A stretch of 64,000 nucleotides of DNA from a virus. Location of the stretch: the IMG/VR virus record IMGVR_UViG_2551306393_000012. One strand, written 5' to 3'. The position numbers and the translations under genes were made by a program. The notes under the pieces were generated by a model. It saw nothing but the letters and a program-made list of their open reading frames with translations, had not been told where the DNA came from and ran no database searches. This document shows positions 48,057 to 58,971 of this stretch, piece by piece (within the stretch, counting starts at the first letter, position 1; each line of letters starts with the position of its first letter).

Positions 48057-49061
48057 ATGACCAAACCAACAATTGAAAAGAATATGCTCAGATCTCGAGC
48101 AATAAAACTCCCCGAGATCACGGAGTCAATGTGGGAGCAAGTAGATGAAGAACACAGAAGCTTGGTTCAAGAGTTTTTAGATGCTCACTCATTTAGAGAT
48201 AAAACACGAAAACAGTATTACTCCTCCCTCCGCCAATTCTTTTGGTGGGTACATACCTCTCTTAACGGCAAAAAACTTTATAAGATCTCAAAGCGTGATT
48301 TCATTAGGTATCAAAGTTTCTTAAAAAATCGTGGAATGTCATCCAGTGGGATTGCATTAAAAAAAGCCGGTGTATCATCATTAAATAATTACATTGAAAA
48401 TGTTGTTGCAGAAGATGATGAGAATTATGAGAAATTCAGAAACTTCACACGTGGACTCCCGGCTATTCCAAAAACCACAACATATGAAAAAGTAAAAGTT
48501 ACATATGATGAATATAAACTAATGATGGACGCCCTAAAAGAGGATGAAAATTATTTGGGGATGGCATGGCTTGCCACTGCCTTTAATGTCGGCGGACGAA
48601 GAGCAGAGCTCATACAGTTAAAAACAGAAATATTAGATTACCCTATTCCAGAGGGGCAGTCATATGTAATGAGTCATAAGGTATTCGGAAAAGGTAAAGG
48701 TGAAGGAAAACCACTTGAGTACATGATTAACACAGAAGCATTGGAGTACCTTCGATTGTGGCATGAAAAACGCGGTTATGATCATGAATACCTCTTCACT
48801 ACTCAGTATGGTGGAGAGCCTAAACAGATGTCAGAGTCTTGGGCTGATTATTTTTGCTCGGACGTTTTAACAGACATTCTTGGCCGGCGTATTAACCCTC
48901 ACCTCTTCAAAGCTTCATGCATCACTTATCTCCTAGAAGTTAAGAAAATCAAAATTGAATTGATAAGCAAATATGTAGCTCATCATGAAGATGTCTCAAC
49001 AACAATCAAACATTATGATTTACGGGATTTTGAAGAAGAAAAGAATCAAATATTTGTTTAG
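48057..49061 (+). CDS. yomM: Tyrosine recombinase-like protein
   Basis: SAM-like N-terminal domain; GGRRAEL, GKGK, PHLFK, HHEDVSTTIKHY. Confidence 0.85.
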   Translation: MTKPTIEKNMLRSRAIKLPEITESMWEQVDEEHRSLVQEFLDAHSFRDKTRKQYYSSLRQFFWWVHTSLNGKKLYKISKRDFIRYQSFLKNRGMSSSGIALKKAGVSSLNNYIENVVAEDDENYEKFRNFTRGLPAIPKTTTYEKVKVTYDEYKLMMDALKEDENYLGMAWLATAFNVGGRRAELIQLKTEILDYPIPEGQSYVMSHKVFGKGKGEGKPLEYMINTEALEYLRLWHEKRGYDHEYLFTTQYGGEPKQMSESWADYFCSDVLTDILGRRINPHLFKASCITYLLEVKKIKIELISKYVAHHEDVSTTIKHYDLRDFEEEKNQIFV

Positions 49062-49214
49062 TTAAAATCCCTCTTTTATTCAAAATCAAGATTCCTCTTT
49101 TGAGGGATTTTGCTTATGTATAAAAATCTCCTCATGTCTATATATGAATTCCTCTGGAAAAATAAGTCGATTCATGGTACACTTTGCTTACAAAGAGAAA
49201 AATGGGGAAATTTG

Positions 49215-49826
49215 ATGACGAAATTAATTAGCAATATCTTTGAAATCCCTGATATAATATACCATGGTACAGATATTTCTTCAGTGCCTTCTATAGAGCG
49301 AGAAATTAACTTGCATCATAACCCTAGAAGACGTCCTGATTTTAGCACAGGGTTCTATACAACCGCTAACTATAAACAGGCTAAAGATTGGGCGGAATTT
49401 AAGGGGGCATTTTCAGATAATAGCATTTGTGGTTCTGTTGTAAGCTTTCAAGTTGATAGAGAGAAATTGAATACTTTAAATTCTTTATTCTTTCTTGAAG
49501 TGGATGAACATTGGGCTAGATTTATTTTGGCTAACAGAAGTAAAAAGTTCCCTAACGAGGAAACGCTACATAACCGTGATGCTAAATTTGACTTAGTTTA
49601 TGGTCCATTAGCTGATGGAAATAAGATTTCCAACTTGATTAGAAATTATGAAAAAGGGTATTATAAATCTATAGAAGCTTTCATTGAGGATGTAAAATGT
49701 GTAAAGTATCCTTTTCCTAAAGACCATCAAATTTCGTTCCATACTGAGATTGCTAAGAGTTGTTTGACTATGAGAGGAGTCGATATCATTGACACAGCCA
49801 ATGATGGGTCAAGGATTGTCAACTAG
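49215..49826 (+). CDS. DUF3990-like protein (ADP-ribosyltransferase-like fold)
   Basis: IIYHGT...PDFSTGFYTT...QAKDWA...WARFILANR...DLVYGPLAD...HQISFHT; start ATG 49215 after SD GGGG. Confidence 0.75.
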   Translation: MTKLISNIFEIPDIIYHGTDISSVPSIEREINLHHNPRRRPDFSTGFYTTANYKQAKDWAEFKGAFSDNSICGSVVSFQVDREKLNTLNSLFFLEVDEHWARFILANRSKKFPNEETLHNRDAKFDLVYGPLADGNKISNLIRNYEKGYYKSIEAFIEDVKCVKYPFPKDHQISFHTEIAKSCLTMRGVDIIDTANDGSRIVN

Positions 49827-50010
49827 TGTAAAAGATTATATTAACTTTTTAAAAGAAGACTTAGAAGAAATGTTTAACCTGTCTGAAATTGAGGCAACTA
49901 AATACATTCAAGAGTCCAAATTTAGAAAGCTTGTTGGTGAGTTTCCTGATCAAGTTCTTCATTATGAAACGGATTATTGGGCAGAAATAATCTATAATGA
50001 AAACAAATAA
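49789..50010 (+). CDS. Small acidic partner (DUF3791-like, putative antitoxin)
   Basis: Overlaps the DUF3990-like stop; SD AGAGGAG; EATKYIQESKF...VLHYETDYWAEII. Confidence 0.6.
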   Translation: MTQPMMGQGLSTSVKDYINFLKEDLEEMFNLSEIEATKYIQESKFRKLVGEFPDQVLHYETDYWAEIIYNENK

Positions 50011-50019
50011 CATAAAATT

Positions 50020-50044
50020 AACCCCACTGTTAGTGGGGTTTTAT
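50020..50044. terminator. Bidirectional rho-independent terminator
   Basis: AACCCCACT-GTT-AGTGGGGTT-TTAT. Confidence 0.8.
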
Positions 50045-50068
50045 TATTACCTTCCTCTAGAATAGCTA

Positions 50069-50466
50069 TTACTGCTTGAAAATAAAATGTAACCCAAAGC
50101 TGTAAATAACAGTAACCCCCCCCCCGATAATTCCTAGAAATTTCCCTAAAAAAAGGTTTAATACTGTTGGAATTATAATTGCTCCAATTAAGACAGCTCC
50201 AAAATAAAAAATGCAGTCTCTCAACTCTCCGTATTGAATCGCTCTAATTCCCTGTTTAAAAAAGTAATAAACGTTAAAGCAAGTAAGTCCAAATGCAACA
50301 CGAATGCTAATAAGGGTGGTAAGAAAAACGATGAATCTTTTGACAGTTGATCCATAAACTCCGGAACTGACCTTACAGAATATGTAGTGTAGTGGATATA
50401 CAAGAAGATTATGAATGCAACTAAATTTGCCAAACCAAGATAAAACGCCTTCTCATTGTTTTCCAT
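50069..50466 (-). pseudogene. Frameshifted multi-TM membrane protein gene
   Basis: The track ORF stops at 50221, but an overlapping frame continues FNVYYFFKQGIRAIQYGELRDCIFYFGAVLIG...FIFKQ* to 50069; one added base would give ~132 aa. Confidence 0.5.
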
Positions 50467-50562
50467 ACATCTATTTCAGAAATAGAAAAGCTCCTTCTCC
50501 CTCCCTTTCATTAATAAATTTCTGTATTTCTGTGCTTGGAAACCATGGTATAATGTAGGAAA

Positions 50563-51210
50563 ATGATACCGGTGGTGGCTATTATGGATCCAATGTATTG
50601 GTTTATCTTATTCTTATTATGTATTGTATTGCCAATCTCAATTATTTGGGCAATTACATCTTCAATAAAGCAGAAAGAAAATAAAACAGCACATCAATAT
50701 TCGAAATATAATTTACAGAAGCATGATATTGAGTTTCAAGCTGATCGTTACTATATTTCACCAGAAAATAATACTAAAATCTCTTTTAATAAAGACAAAC
50801 AACTTTTCAAGCTTTATTCCAAAAATGGCGAAAATATTAGTGAGACATGTATACCATTCTCTAATGTAATTGAATCAACAGTTATTATCGATGATCAAAC
50901 TATAGCTAAGGCTGAACGAGGTAACCAGATAGTCGGAGCTCTAATCGGTGGAGTAGTTGCTGGTGGAATAGGTGCTATAATAGGTGGGTCATCAGCCAAT
51001 ACAGTAAATCATAAGTATATCAAAAAAGTAGTACTTAAAATAATTAATGACGATTTTAATTGTCCAAATTACTATATAAATTTCTTGCCTTTTAATGAAA
51101 AAGGATTTTTAAATTCTGATCCTGTTTGTATAAACGCTATTAAGGAAGTTGAATATTGGCAAAGTGTTTTTGAATTAGCTATTCATAAAGCAAGTAAAGT
51201 CGCTCAATAA
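50563..51210 (+). CDS. Membrane-anchored protein at the yomJ position (possible superinfection-exclusion protein)
   Basis: N-terminal TM helix, glycine zipper GALIGGVVAGGIGAIIGG; own promoter (TGGTATAAT at 50546). Confidence 0.6.
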   Translation: MIPVVAIMDPMYWFILFLLCIVLPISIIWAITSSIKQKENKTAHQYSKYNLQKHDIEFQADRYYISPENNTKISFNKDKQLFKLYSKNGENISETCIPFSNVIESTVIIDDQTIAKAERGNQIVGALIGGVVAGGIGAIIGGSSANTVNHKYIKKVVLKIINDDFNCPNYYINFLPFNEKGFLNSDPVCINAIKEVEYWQSVFELAIHKASKVAQ

Positions 51211-51263
51211 TTGGGTGACTTTTTATTTTGCCCTCTCCCCTACTGAAAGGAAGTGATTCTTAC

Positions 51264-54200
51264 TTGAGTCAAAACCTCAAAATTATACTAACCCCACAAG
51301 CTGATACCTCATCTAAAACTGTCGAACAGTTAAATCAGCAAATTAAATCTCTGGAAAAGAAACTCAACTCCCTCAAGCTCAATACGAATATTGATTCTAC
51401 AACCTTAAAAGCTCTGCAAGAATTCTCCTCAGCTGTCGATGCATATCAGAAAAACCTAAAATCCTATAATCAAACAGTTAGAGAAACCTCAACAGTAATT
51501 AAGAATGCTGACGGATCGGTTGAAAAACTCACCCAGCAATATAAGAAGAATGGTGAAATACTTCAACGCGAAACGAAAATAATCAATAATCGTAATACAG
51601 CATTAAAGCAAGAAACTCAAGAGGTTAACAAGCTTACACAGGCCACTGAGAAACTAGGACAGGTTCAAAAAAAGACTGTGCAGAGAAATCTGCAAGGACA
51701 ACCAACAAAGGTTGTGCAGAAAAATCACCACGGATTCGATGATATTGTTTATACAACTGATCCTAAAACTAATTCGACCTCTTCAAAAACTACAACTAAT
51801 TATGACCAACAAAGGAGAGCAATTGAGCAGCTTAAGCAAGATTTAGAGAAGCTTAGACAGCAAGGTATTGTTACTGATACGACCATCTCATCTCTTGGCC
51901 GAAAAATAAACACAGCTCAATCCGCTCAACAAATTGAAGCACTGCAAAATAGGATAAGGATGTTAGATGATAAATCTGCGGCAGTTGCGAAGAACAATGA
52001 ATTAAAGAAAACCATTGAATTATATCAGCGACAGGCACAAGTAAATGTTCAAAACCTAAATACACGGTATGGCAGTTCTATGGGCTCTAGTAATAGACAA
52101 GCTACTCAAGATTATTTAAATGCAGTAAATAGTCTTAATCTAAGTGCCGGCGGTAGTAATATCAGATCTCAAATGCAAAGCTTGAACATGCAATTCAGGG
52201 AATTAGCTTCAAATGCTCAAACAGCGTCTAGTCAAGCCTCGTCTTTTGGTGCGGAGTTAACTCAAGCTTTCAAAAGTATGTCGACATATTTGATCTCCGG
52301 TTCTTTGTTCTATGGTGCTATATCTGGGCTCAAGGAAATGGTATCTCAGGCGGTTGAAATTGATACTCTAATGACAAACATCAGACGTGTAATGAATGAG
52401 CCTGATTATAAGTACAATGAGCTACTCGAGGAATCAATAAACCTAGGTGACACCCTTTCAAATAAGATCACTGACATACTCCAAATGACTGGCGATTTCG
52501 GACGTATGGGTTTCGATGAAAGTGAACTGTCTACGCTTACCAAAACCGCTCAGGTTCTACAAAACGTCTCAGATTTAACTCCTGATGATACAGTTAACAC
52601 TTTAACTGCCGCAATGTTAAACTTCAATATTGCAGCTAATGATTCTATATCAGTCGCAGATAAGCTAAATGAAGTAGATAACAACTACGCTGTAACCACT
52701 CTTGATCTAGCCAACTCAATTCGAAAAGCAGGAAGTACTGCTTCTACTTTTGGTGTTGAATTAAATGACCTGATTGGTTATACTACAGCAATCGCAAGTA
52801 CTACCCGTGAATCGGGAAACATTGTTGGTAACTCATTAAAGACAATTTTTGCACGTATCGGGAATAATGATAGCTCAATTAAAGCCCTAGAACAGATTGG
52901 CATTTCTGTGAAAACAGCTAGTGGCGAGGCTAAATCTGCTACTGATTTAATTAATGAGTTAGCAGACAAATGGAATACCCTCAGTGATGCTCAAAAACAA
53001 AATACCTCAATAGGTGTAGCGGGCATTTATCAGCTTTCTAGATTTAATGCCTTGATGAATAATTTCTCCATATCACAAAATGCAGCGACCACTGCAGCTA
53101 ATTCCGCAGGAAGCGCTTGGAGTGAACAGCAGAAATACGCTGACAGTTTACAGGCAAGACTAAACAGGCTGTCAAATGCATTTACAGAAATGTCGGTTGC
53201 CTCAAGTGAAGCCTTCATCTCTAATAGCATTGTTGTTTTTGCAGATGCACTTAAAGGATTAATGCAAACAAGTGCTCAAATTACTAAAACAGTCGGGCTC
53301 CTCCCTCAAGTTTTTGGTTCTGCGACAACTGCAATCCTGCTTTTCAACACATCTCTTCGTACAGCTACTATCTCAACTGGAATGTCTGCAATATCAACCC
53401 TAAAAAATCTGGTCTTAAACTTTAATGCTGTTGGGATTGGCGCAACCACAGCTTCAGCTAAAACTGCAATTTGGACTCGAGTGGTTAATGCTTCAAGCGT
53501 TGCGATGAGCAACCTAAAGAAAGTAGCAATCTCTACAAGCGCGTTTTTAGCCGGCAGTTTTCTCCCTATGGCAGCCATGGTTGGACTCGGCGTGGTTATT
53601 GAGAAGTTAATTTCTTCTTACTCTGAGTTGAAACAAGCTAGAGAAGATTTTGAACAAGCGAAAACTACAAGCATTGAAGCAATTACAACCAATAAAGACG
53701 AAACTGATAAACTGATTAGCCAATACAAAGAACTGCAAAAGGCTAAAGATGGCGGGGCTTTATCAGCCAATCAGGAGCAAGAATACCTACAAGTAACACA
53801 ACAATTAGCACAAACATTCCCGAATTTGATCGCTGGCTATGATTCTCAAGGACAAGCAATCTTAAAGAAAAACCAAGCACTTAAGGATGCTATAAAGTAC
53901 ACTGAAGACCTTAGTAATCTAAACAAAAAAGACATTCAAACAGGTGCCAATAGCAACTTTAAGGAAAGCTTAAAAGACATTGATAAACTCAATGATAAGA
54001 TTAAACAGTATAAGCAGATTGCCGATTATTATAAAAACGGCAAGAGCTGGGATATTTTCTCTTCTGAAAATGACAAAAAAAATCAAGGTATTAAAGCTGA
54101 ACAAGATGCACTACGTACTGAACAAGAGCTATCCAGCTCACAAGCTAAAATTAGAGAGCAAGTGCAACAGACAATTGATGCCTTTAACTCAATAAAGATA

Positions 54201-57200
54201 AATCCAAATCTTTCAAGGGGAATATCTAACGCATTCGATAAAATTGACTTCAGCAAAATGAATGCAGATGAACTTGAGTCATTTTCAATAAATGTTTCGA
54301 AATACATGGAAAATATCCAAAAAGCGCTGCAATCGGGCAACAGAAACAATTTTGATTCCGCCTCTAAAAGCTTAGAACTGCTTGTTAATCAATATATGAG
54401 TGGGAAAGATAAAGCTAATGGTTTGGCTTTATCTTATGATGACCTTAAAACTGCCATTGACTCTACAAATGATTCAGCAAAAACTGCAAAAGTAACCTGG
54501 GATGAAAATGGTGAAGGTGTAGATGCACTAGGTGAGCAAGTCGGTAATTTATCTGACAAGCTCAAAGAAGCTAAAGGTGATTTTGAAGCAATAAAAGGGA
54601 TCATTGATGAGCTAATTGATTCAAAACAAAACGATGCTGCGATTTCAGTAATGCAAAATGAAGCATATGACACAATGGCTGATAACATCTCTCCTTTAAA
54701 TGAATTGCTTGAGAAAATGGCAGAAGGTAAGAGTATTTCAGCTTCTGAAGCTATGAAGCTAATTCAGAAGGAAAACGATCTTGCAGACGCTATTTCAATT
54801 GAAAATGGCGTTGTGAAAATAAACAGAGATGCAGTTGTTAAGCTCCGAGATACCAAATTAAAAGCTTATAATGACATGCAACAGTCTGTTAAGCAGGATC
54901 TGATAAATCAAGCTAATGCTTTAAACAAGAAGATTAATATGTATAAATCCGAAGTTAAAGCGATCAAGACTGTGCAAGATGCTTATAATCTGAAATCAGA
55001 TCTTGAAAAACAAAAGCAGAAAATTCTTGAGGAAATGAAAAAAGGTAATGGCGGAGCAATTCAATACCTTCCTAAAACCCAAGAAGATTTAAATCAAGTT
55101 ACTGACATTACTGATCAACTTGATGAACTTGATAAATTAGCTGATTTAGCCTCCTCTTCTCTATCAGAGACTGGTACATCAATGGAAGATATGTCTTCAT
55201 CTGCAGAAAAAGCTTCTGAAGAAGTAAAAACTTCCATGTATGTTGTTGATAAATACAAGGAAGCATTAGAAAAAGTTAATGCTGAGATTGACAAGTACAA
55301 CAAGCAGGTCAATGATTATCCAAAATACTCTCAGAAATATCGAGATGCAATTAAGAAAGAAATTAAAGCACTTCAGCAAAAGAAAAAGCTTATGCAGGAA
55401 CAAGCTAAGCTGCTTAAAGATCAAATTAAATCCGGTAACATTACTCAATACGGTATTGTAACCTCTACAACTTCTTCTGGCGGAACCCCCTCCTCAACTG
55501 GTGGATCATATTCAGGCAAGTATTCAAGCTACATAAATTCAGCAGCTAGTAAATACAATGTTGACCCTGCCCTTATTGCAGCTGTAATTCAGCAAGAATC
55601 AGGGTTTAATGCTAAAGCACGATCTGGTGTAGGTGCCATGGGATTAATGCAACTGATGCCAGCAACAGCGAAAAGCTTAGGAGTAAATAACGCTTACGAT
55701 CCTTATCAAAATGTTATGGGTGGAACAAAGTACCTCGCCCAACAGCTTGAAAAGTTTGGCGGTAATGTTGAAAAAGCATTGGCTGCATATAATGCTGGGC
55801 CTGGTAACGTAATTAAATATGGTGGTATCCCTCCTTTTAAAGAAACACAGAATTACGTCAAGAAGATCATGGCCAACTACAGCAAATCCCTCTCCTCTGC
55901 CACTTCTTCAATCGCCAGCTATTATACAAATAATAGCGCTTTTAGGGTAAGCTCCAAATATGGACAGCAGGAATCCGGTCTCCGCTCCTCCCCACACAAA
56001 GGAACTGATTTTGCTGCAAAAGCAGGTACAGCAATTAAATCTCTTCAAAGTGGTAAAGTCCAAATTGCTGGCTACAGTAAAACTGCAGGTAACTGGGTTG
56101 TTATTAAACAGGATGATGGAACAGTTGCCAAGTACATGCACATGCTTAACACTCCTTCTGTTAAAACAGGTCAATCAGTTAAAGCCGGTCAAACTATTGG
56201 TAAAGTTGGTAGCACAGGGAACTCGACTGGGAACCACCTTCATTTACAGATCGAACAAAATGGAAAAACAATCGATCCTGAAAAGTACATGCAAGGTATT
56301 GGAACATCTATTTCAGATGCGTCACAAGCTGAGGCAGAACGGCAACAAGAGATAGCCCAGGCTAAATCTGATCTTCTCTCCCTTCAAGGAGATATAGATT
56401 CAGTCAATGATCAGATTCAAGAACTTCAGTATGAACTAGTTCAATCCAAACTCGATGAGTTTGATAAAAGAATTGGGGATTTTGATGTTCGGATAGCTAA
56501 AGATGAATCAATGGCTAACCGATACACTTCTGACAGCAAGGAATTCCGCAAATACGCCTCTGATCAGAAAAAAGCTGTTGCAGAACAAGCTAAAATCCAA
56601 CAACAAAAAGTTAATTGGATTCAAAAAGAAATAAAAACAAATAAAGCATTAAACTCCGCTCAACGTGCCCAGCTTCAAGAAGAGCTTAAACAAGCCAAGC
56701 TAGATTTAATTTCTGTTCAAGATCAGGTTCGTGAGCTTCAGAAGCAACTTGTCCAATCTAAAGTTGATGAGACGCTTAAGTCAATTGAAAAGTCATCTTC
56801 TAAAACCCAAGGGAAAATTAAAGATGTTGATAATAAAATTTCAATGACTGAAGAAGATGAGGACAAGGTTAAGTACTATAGCAAGCAGATAAAGCTCATT
56901 CAGCAACAACAAAAGGAAGCCAAAAAATATATCAAACAGCTTGAAGATCAAAAGAAAGCTGCGAAAGGTTTCCCTGACATCCAGGAACAGATCACTGAAG
57001 AAATCGAAAACTGGAAAGATAAACAGAAAGATTTTAATCTTGAGCTTTATAACACCAAGAAGTCGATCAAGGATATCTATAAATCATTGGCTGATGAAGT
57101 TGTATCCATCTACAAAGAGATGTACGAAAAAATGCGGGATATAGAGCTAGAAGCCCATCAGAAAGCGACACAAGATAAGATTGATGAGATCGACAAAGAA

Positions 57201-58154
57201 GACGAAGAAGCTAAGTATCAGAAGGAATTGAAGGAGAAAAACCAAGCAATACAGGAAACAAAGGATAAGATCAATAAGCTTTCAATGGACGACTCCTCTA
57301 AGGCTAAATCGCAAGTCAAAGACCTAGAAAAACAGCTTCAAGAACAACAGGAAGCTTTGGATGATTATCTTAAAGATCGTAGCAACACAAAACGGAAAGA
57401 AGCCCTTCAGGATCAACTTGAAAAAGATGAAGAGTCAATCAACAACAAGTACGATGACCTGGTAAATGATGAACGAGCATTTAAAAAGCTTGAAGATAAG
57501 CTTATGGATGGTAAAATCACTGACATCGCTAAGCAGCTTAATGAATTCACCAAGTTCATAAATGAGAATATGAAGTCGATTGGGAAAAGTATTTCCAATA
57601 ACTTGATTGATAAGCTTAAGGACGCTGCCAGTGCATTAAATACCGTTACAACTGGAAATACAACAGGTAAAAAGGTGTCATCATTTGCTTCTGGCGGGTA
57701 TACAGGCACGGGGCTTGGAGCAGGAAAGCTTGCATTCTTACATGACAAGGAACTTATTTTAAATAAGACAGATACTGAAAACATGCTAGAAGCTGTAAAG
57801 CAAGTTCGTCAAACGTCTACTGATAACTCAGTAAAGACTGCCTCTAAATGGGGTCAACCTGGTAAAATTTCAGATGTTTTAAGTAAGAGTATCGCCCTTG
57901 TCACACCAACAATGAACGCTGCAGTTGCTGGTCAAACAAATTTAAGTAAAGGCTTAATTCCAACTCTTAAGAACTTATCGAAACCTACTGTATCCCCTTC
58001 TTCAAGGGATAGTTCACCTACATACAATATCCAAATAGACAAAATTGTTGAGACCATTAATGAATCGGGAAATCCACAAGAAACTGCAAATTTAATGTAT
58101 AAACAATTTGTAAATGGTCTTAAAAATACTGGACTAAATTTCAACATCACATGA
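51264..58154 (+). CDS. yomI: Tape measure protein with SLT transglycosylase and M23 domains (CwlP)
   Basis: TTG 51264; TP901-type core; [10 protein letters not shown]...GLMQLM...LAAYNAG (SLT); HKGTDF...HLHL (M23). Confidence 0.93.
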   Translation: MSQNLKIILTPQADTSSKTVEQLNQQIKSLEKKLNSLKLNTNIDSTTLKALQEFSSAVDAYQKNLKSYNQTVRETSTVIKNADGSVEKLTQQYKKNGEILQRETKIINNRNTALKQETQEVNKLTQATEKLGQVQKKTVQRNLQGQPTKVVQKNHHGFDDIVYTTDPKTNSTSSKTTTNYDQQRRAIEQLKQDLEKLRQQGIVTDTTISSLGRKINTAQSAQQIEALQNRIRMLDDKSAAVAKNNELKKTIELYQRQAQVNVQNLNTRYGSSMGSSNRQATQDYLNAVNSLNLSAGGSNIRSQMQSLNMQFRELASNAQTASSQASSFGAELTQAFKSMSTYLISGSLFYGAISGLKEMVSQAVEIDTLMTNIRRVMNEPDYKYNELLEESINLGDTLSNKITDILQMTGDFGRMGFDESELSTLTKTAQVLQNVSDLTPDDTVNTLTAAMLNFNIAANDSISVADKLNEVDNNYAVTTLDLANSIRKAGSTASTFGVELNDLIGYTTAIASTTRESGNIVGNSLKTIFARIGNNDSSIKALEQIGISVKTASGEAKSATDLINELADKWNTLSDAQKQNTSIGVAGIYQLSRFNALMNNFSISQNAATTAANSAGSAWSEQQKYADSLQARLNRLSNAFTEMSVASSEAFISNSIVVFADALKGLMQTSAQITKTVGLLPQVFGSATTAILLFNTSLRTATISTGMSAISTLKNLVLNFNAVGIGATTASAKTAIWTRVVNASSVAMSNLKKVAISTSAFLAGSFLPMAAMVGLGVVIEKLISSYSELKQAREDFEQAKTTSIEAITTNKDETDKLISQYKELQKAKDGGALSANQEQEYLQVTQQLAQTFPNLIAGYDSQGQAILKKNQALKDAIKYTEDLSNLNKKDIQTGANSNFKESLKDIDKLNDKIKQYKQIADYYKNGKSWDIFSSENDKKNQGIKAEQDALRTEQELSSSQAKIREQVQQTIDAFNSIKINPNLSRGISNAFDKIDFSKMNADELESFSINVSKYMENIQKALQSGNRNNFDSASKSLELLVNQYMSGKDKANGLALSYDDLKTAIDSTNDSAKTAKVTWDENGEGVDALGEQVGNLSDKLKEAKGDFEAIKGIIDELIDSKQNDAAISVMQNEAYDTMADNISPLNELLEKMAEGKSISASEAMKLIQKENDLADAISIENGVVKINRDAVVKLRDTKLKAYNDMQQSVKQDLINQANALNKKINMYKSEVKAIKTVQDAYNLKSDLEKQKQKILEEMKKGNGGAIQYLPKTQEDLNQVTDITDQLDELDKLADLASSSLSETGTSMEDMSSSAEKASEEVKTSMYVVDKYKEALEKVNAEIDKYNKQVNDYPKYSQKYRDAIKKEIKALQQKKKLMQEQAKLLKDQIKSGNITQYGIVTSTTSSGGTPSSTGGSYSGKYSSYINSAASKYNVDPALIAAVIQQESGFNAKARSGVGAMGLMQLMPATAKSLGVNNAYDPYQNVMGGTKYLAQQLEKFGGNVEKALAAYNAGPGNVIKYGGIPPFKETQNYVKKIMANYSKSLSSATSSIASYYTNNSAFRVSSKYGQQESGLRSSPHKGTDFAAKAGTAIKSLQSGKVQIAGYSKTAGNWVVIKQDDGTVAKYMHMLNTPSVKTGQSVKAGQTIGKVGSTGNSTGNHLHLQIEQNGKTIDPEKYMQGIGTSISDASQAEAERQQEIAQAKSDLLSLQGDIDSVNDQIQELQYELVQSKLDEFDKRIGDFDVRIAKDESMANRYTSDSKEFRKYASDQKKAVAEQAKIQQQKVNWIQKEIKTNKALNSAQRAQLQEELKQAKLDLISVQDQVRELQKQLVQSKVDETLKSIEKSSSKTQGKIKDVDNKISMTEEDEDKVKYYSKQIKLIQQQQKEAKKYIKQLEDQKKAAKGFPDIQEQITEEIENWKDKQKDFNLELYNTKKSIKDIYKSLADEVVSIYKEMYEKMRDIELEAHQKATQDKIDEIDKEDEEAKYQKELKEKNQAIQETKDKINKLSMDDSSKAKSQVKDLEKQLQEQQEALDDYLKDRSNTKRKEALQDQLEKDEESINNKYDDLVNDERAFKKLEDKLMDGKITDIAKQLNEFTKFINENMKSIGKSISNNLIDKLKDAASALNTVTTGNTTGKKVSSFASGGYTGTGLGAGKLAFLHDKELILNKTDTENMLEAVKQVRQTSTDNSVKTASKWGQPGKISDVLSKSIALVTPTMNAAVAGQTNLSKGLIPTLKNLSKPTVSPSSRDSSPTYNIQIDKIVETINESGNPQETANLMYKQFVNGLKNTGLNFNIT

Positions 58155-58197
58155 GTCGGCTAAGATTGCCGGCTCTATTTATATTGGGGGTGAAAAA

Positions 58198-58959
58198 TTG
58201 ATTAGGCAAAGCCAATATTTCATGTTTGATAACGTAAAGTCGATCGACTACGGTGTGGAAAACGTTAATACAGAGTCTGGGTTAGTTGAGGAATCTTTTC
58301 TAGGTTCACGATCAGTTAATGAAACCTATGTAAAAGGAAGATCAGAGCCATACACTGAAGGTGTCAAAAGAGAATCAAAACAATTCCCTTTAAACTTTTA
58401 TGTTGGTGAAAATTATGATGAGAAAAAAATAAGAGCAATTAAGCGCTGGCTAGATGTCGATGATTACAAGCCTTTAGCGTTCAGCGAAAATTTAGACATT
58501 GTGTATTATGCAATGCCCGTGGATACCAGTGATTTAGTCCATAATGCGGCTAGACATGGATATGTTCGTTTGACTATGAAATGCAACTCCCCTTATGCAT
58601 ACAGTCGAAACACAAGTACCCACTCCTTTGATATATCATCAGGAATGAAAATCATTGAACTCCATAACAAAGGCGATGTTGCGATTTACCCTACTGTTGA
58701 AATTCTTAAAATTGGCGACGGCGATGTAAAAATCGAGAACCTGAGTGATTATACTGATCCCTTTATATTCAGCAATCTAAAAGACAGAGAAATTGTTAAA
58801 GTGAATGGCTTCAAAGAAATAATCGAGTCGTCTTTATATGGGAATGAAAGATATGATGATTTCAATGACAATTATATTAGATTGGATTACGGAAAAAATC
58901 GATTAAAAGTGACCGGAAAATGCAAACTGAGATTCACTTTCAGATTTAAGTATCGGTAA
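58198..58959 (+). CDS. yomH: Distal tail protein
   Basis: Follows the tape measure; TMKCNSPYAY, GKNRLKV motifs. Confidence 0.8.
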   Translation: MIRQSQYFMFDNVKSIDYGVENVNTESGLVEESFLGSRSVNETYVKGRSEPYTEGVKRESKQFPLNFYVGENYDEKKIRAIKRWLDVDDYKPLAFSENLDIVYYAMPVDTSDLVHNAARHGYVRLTMKCNSPYAYSRNTSTHSFDISSGMKIIELHNKGDVAIYPTVEILKIGDGDVKIENLSDYTDPFIFSNLKDREIVKVNGFKEIIESSLYGNERYDDFNDNYIRLDYGKNRLKVTGKCKLRFTFRFKYR

Positions 58960-58971
58960 GAAGGTGAAAAA

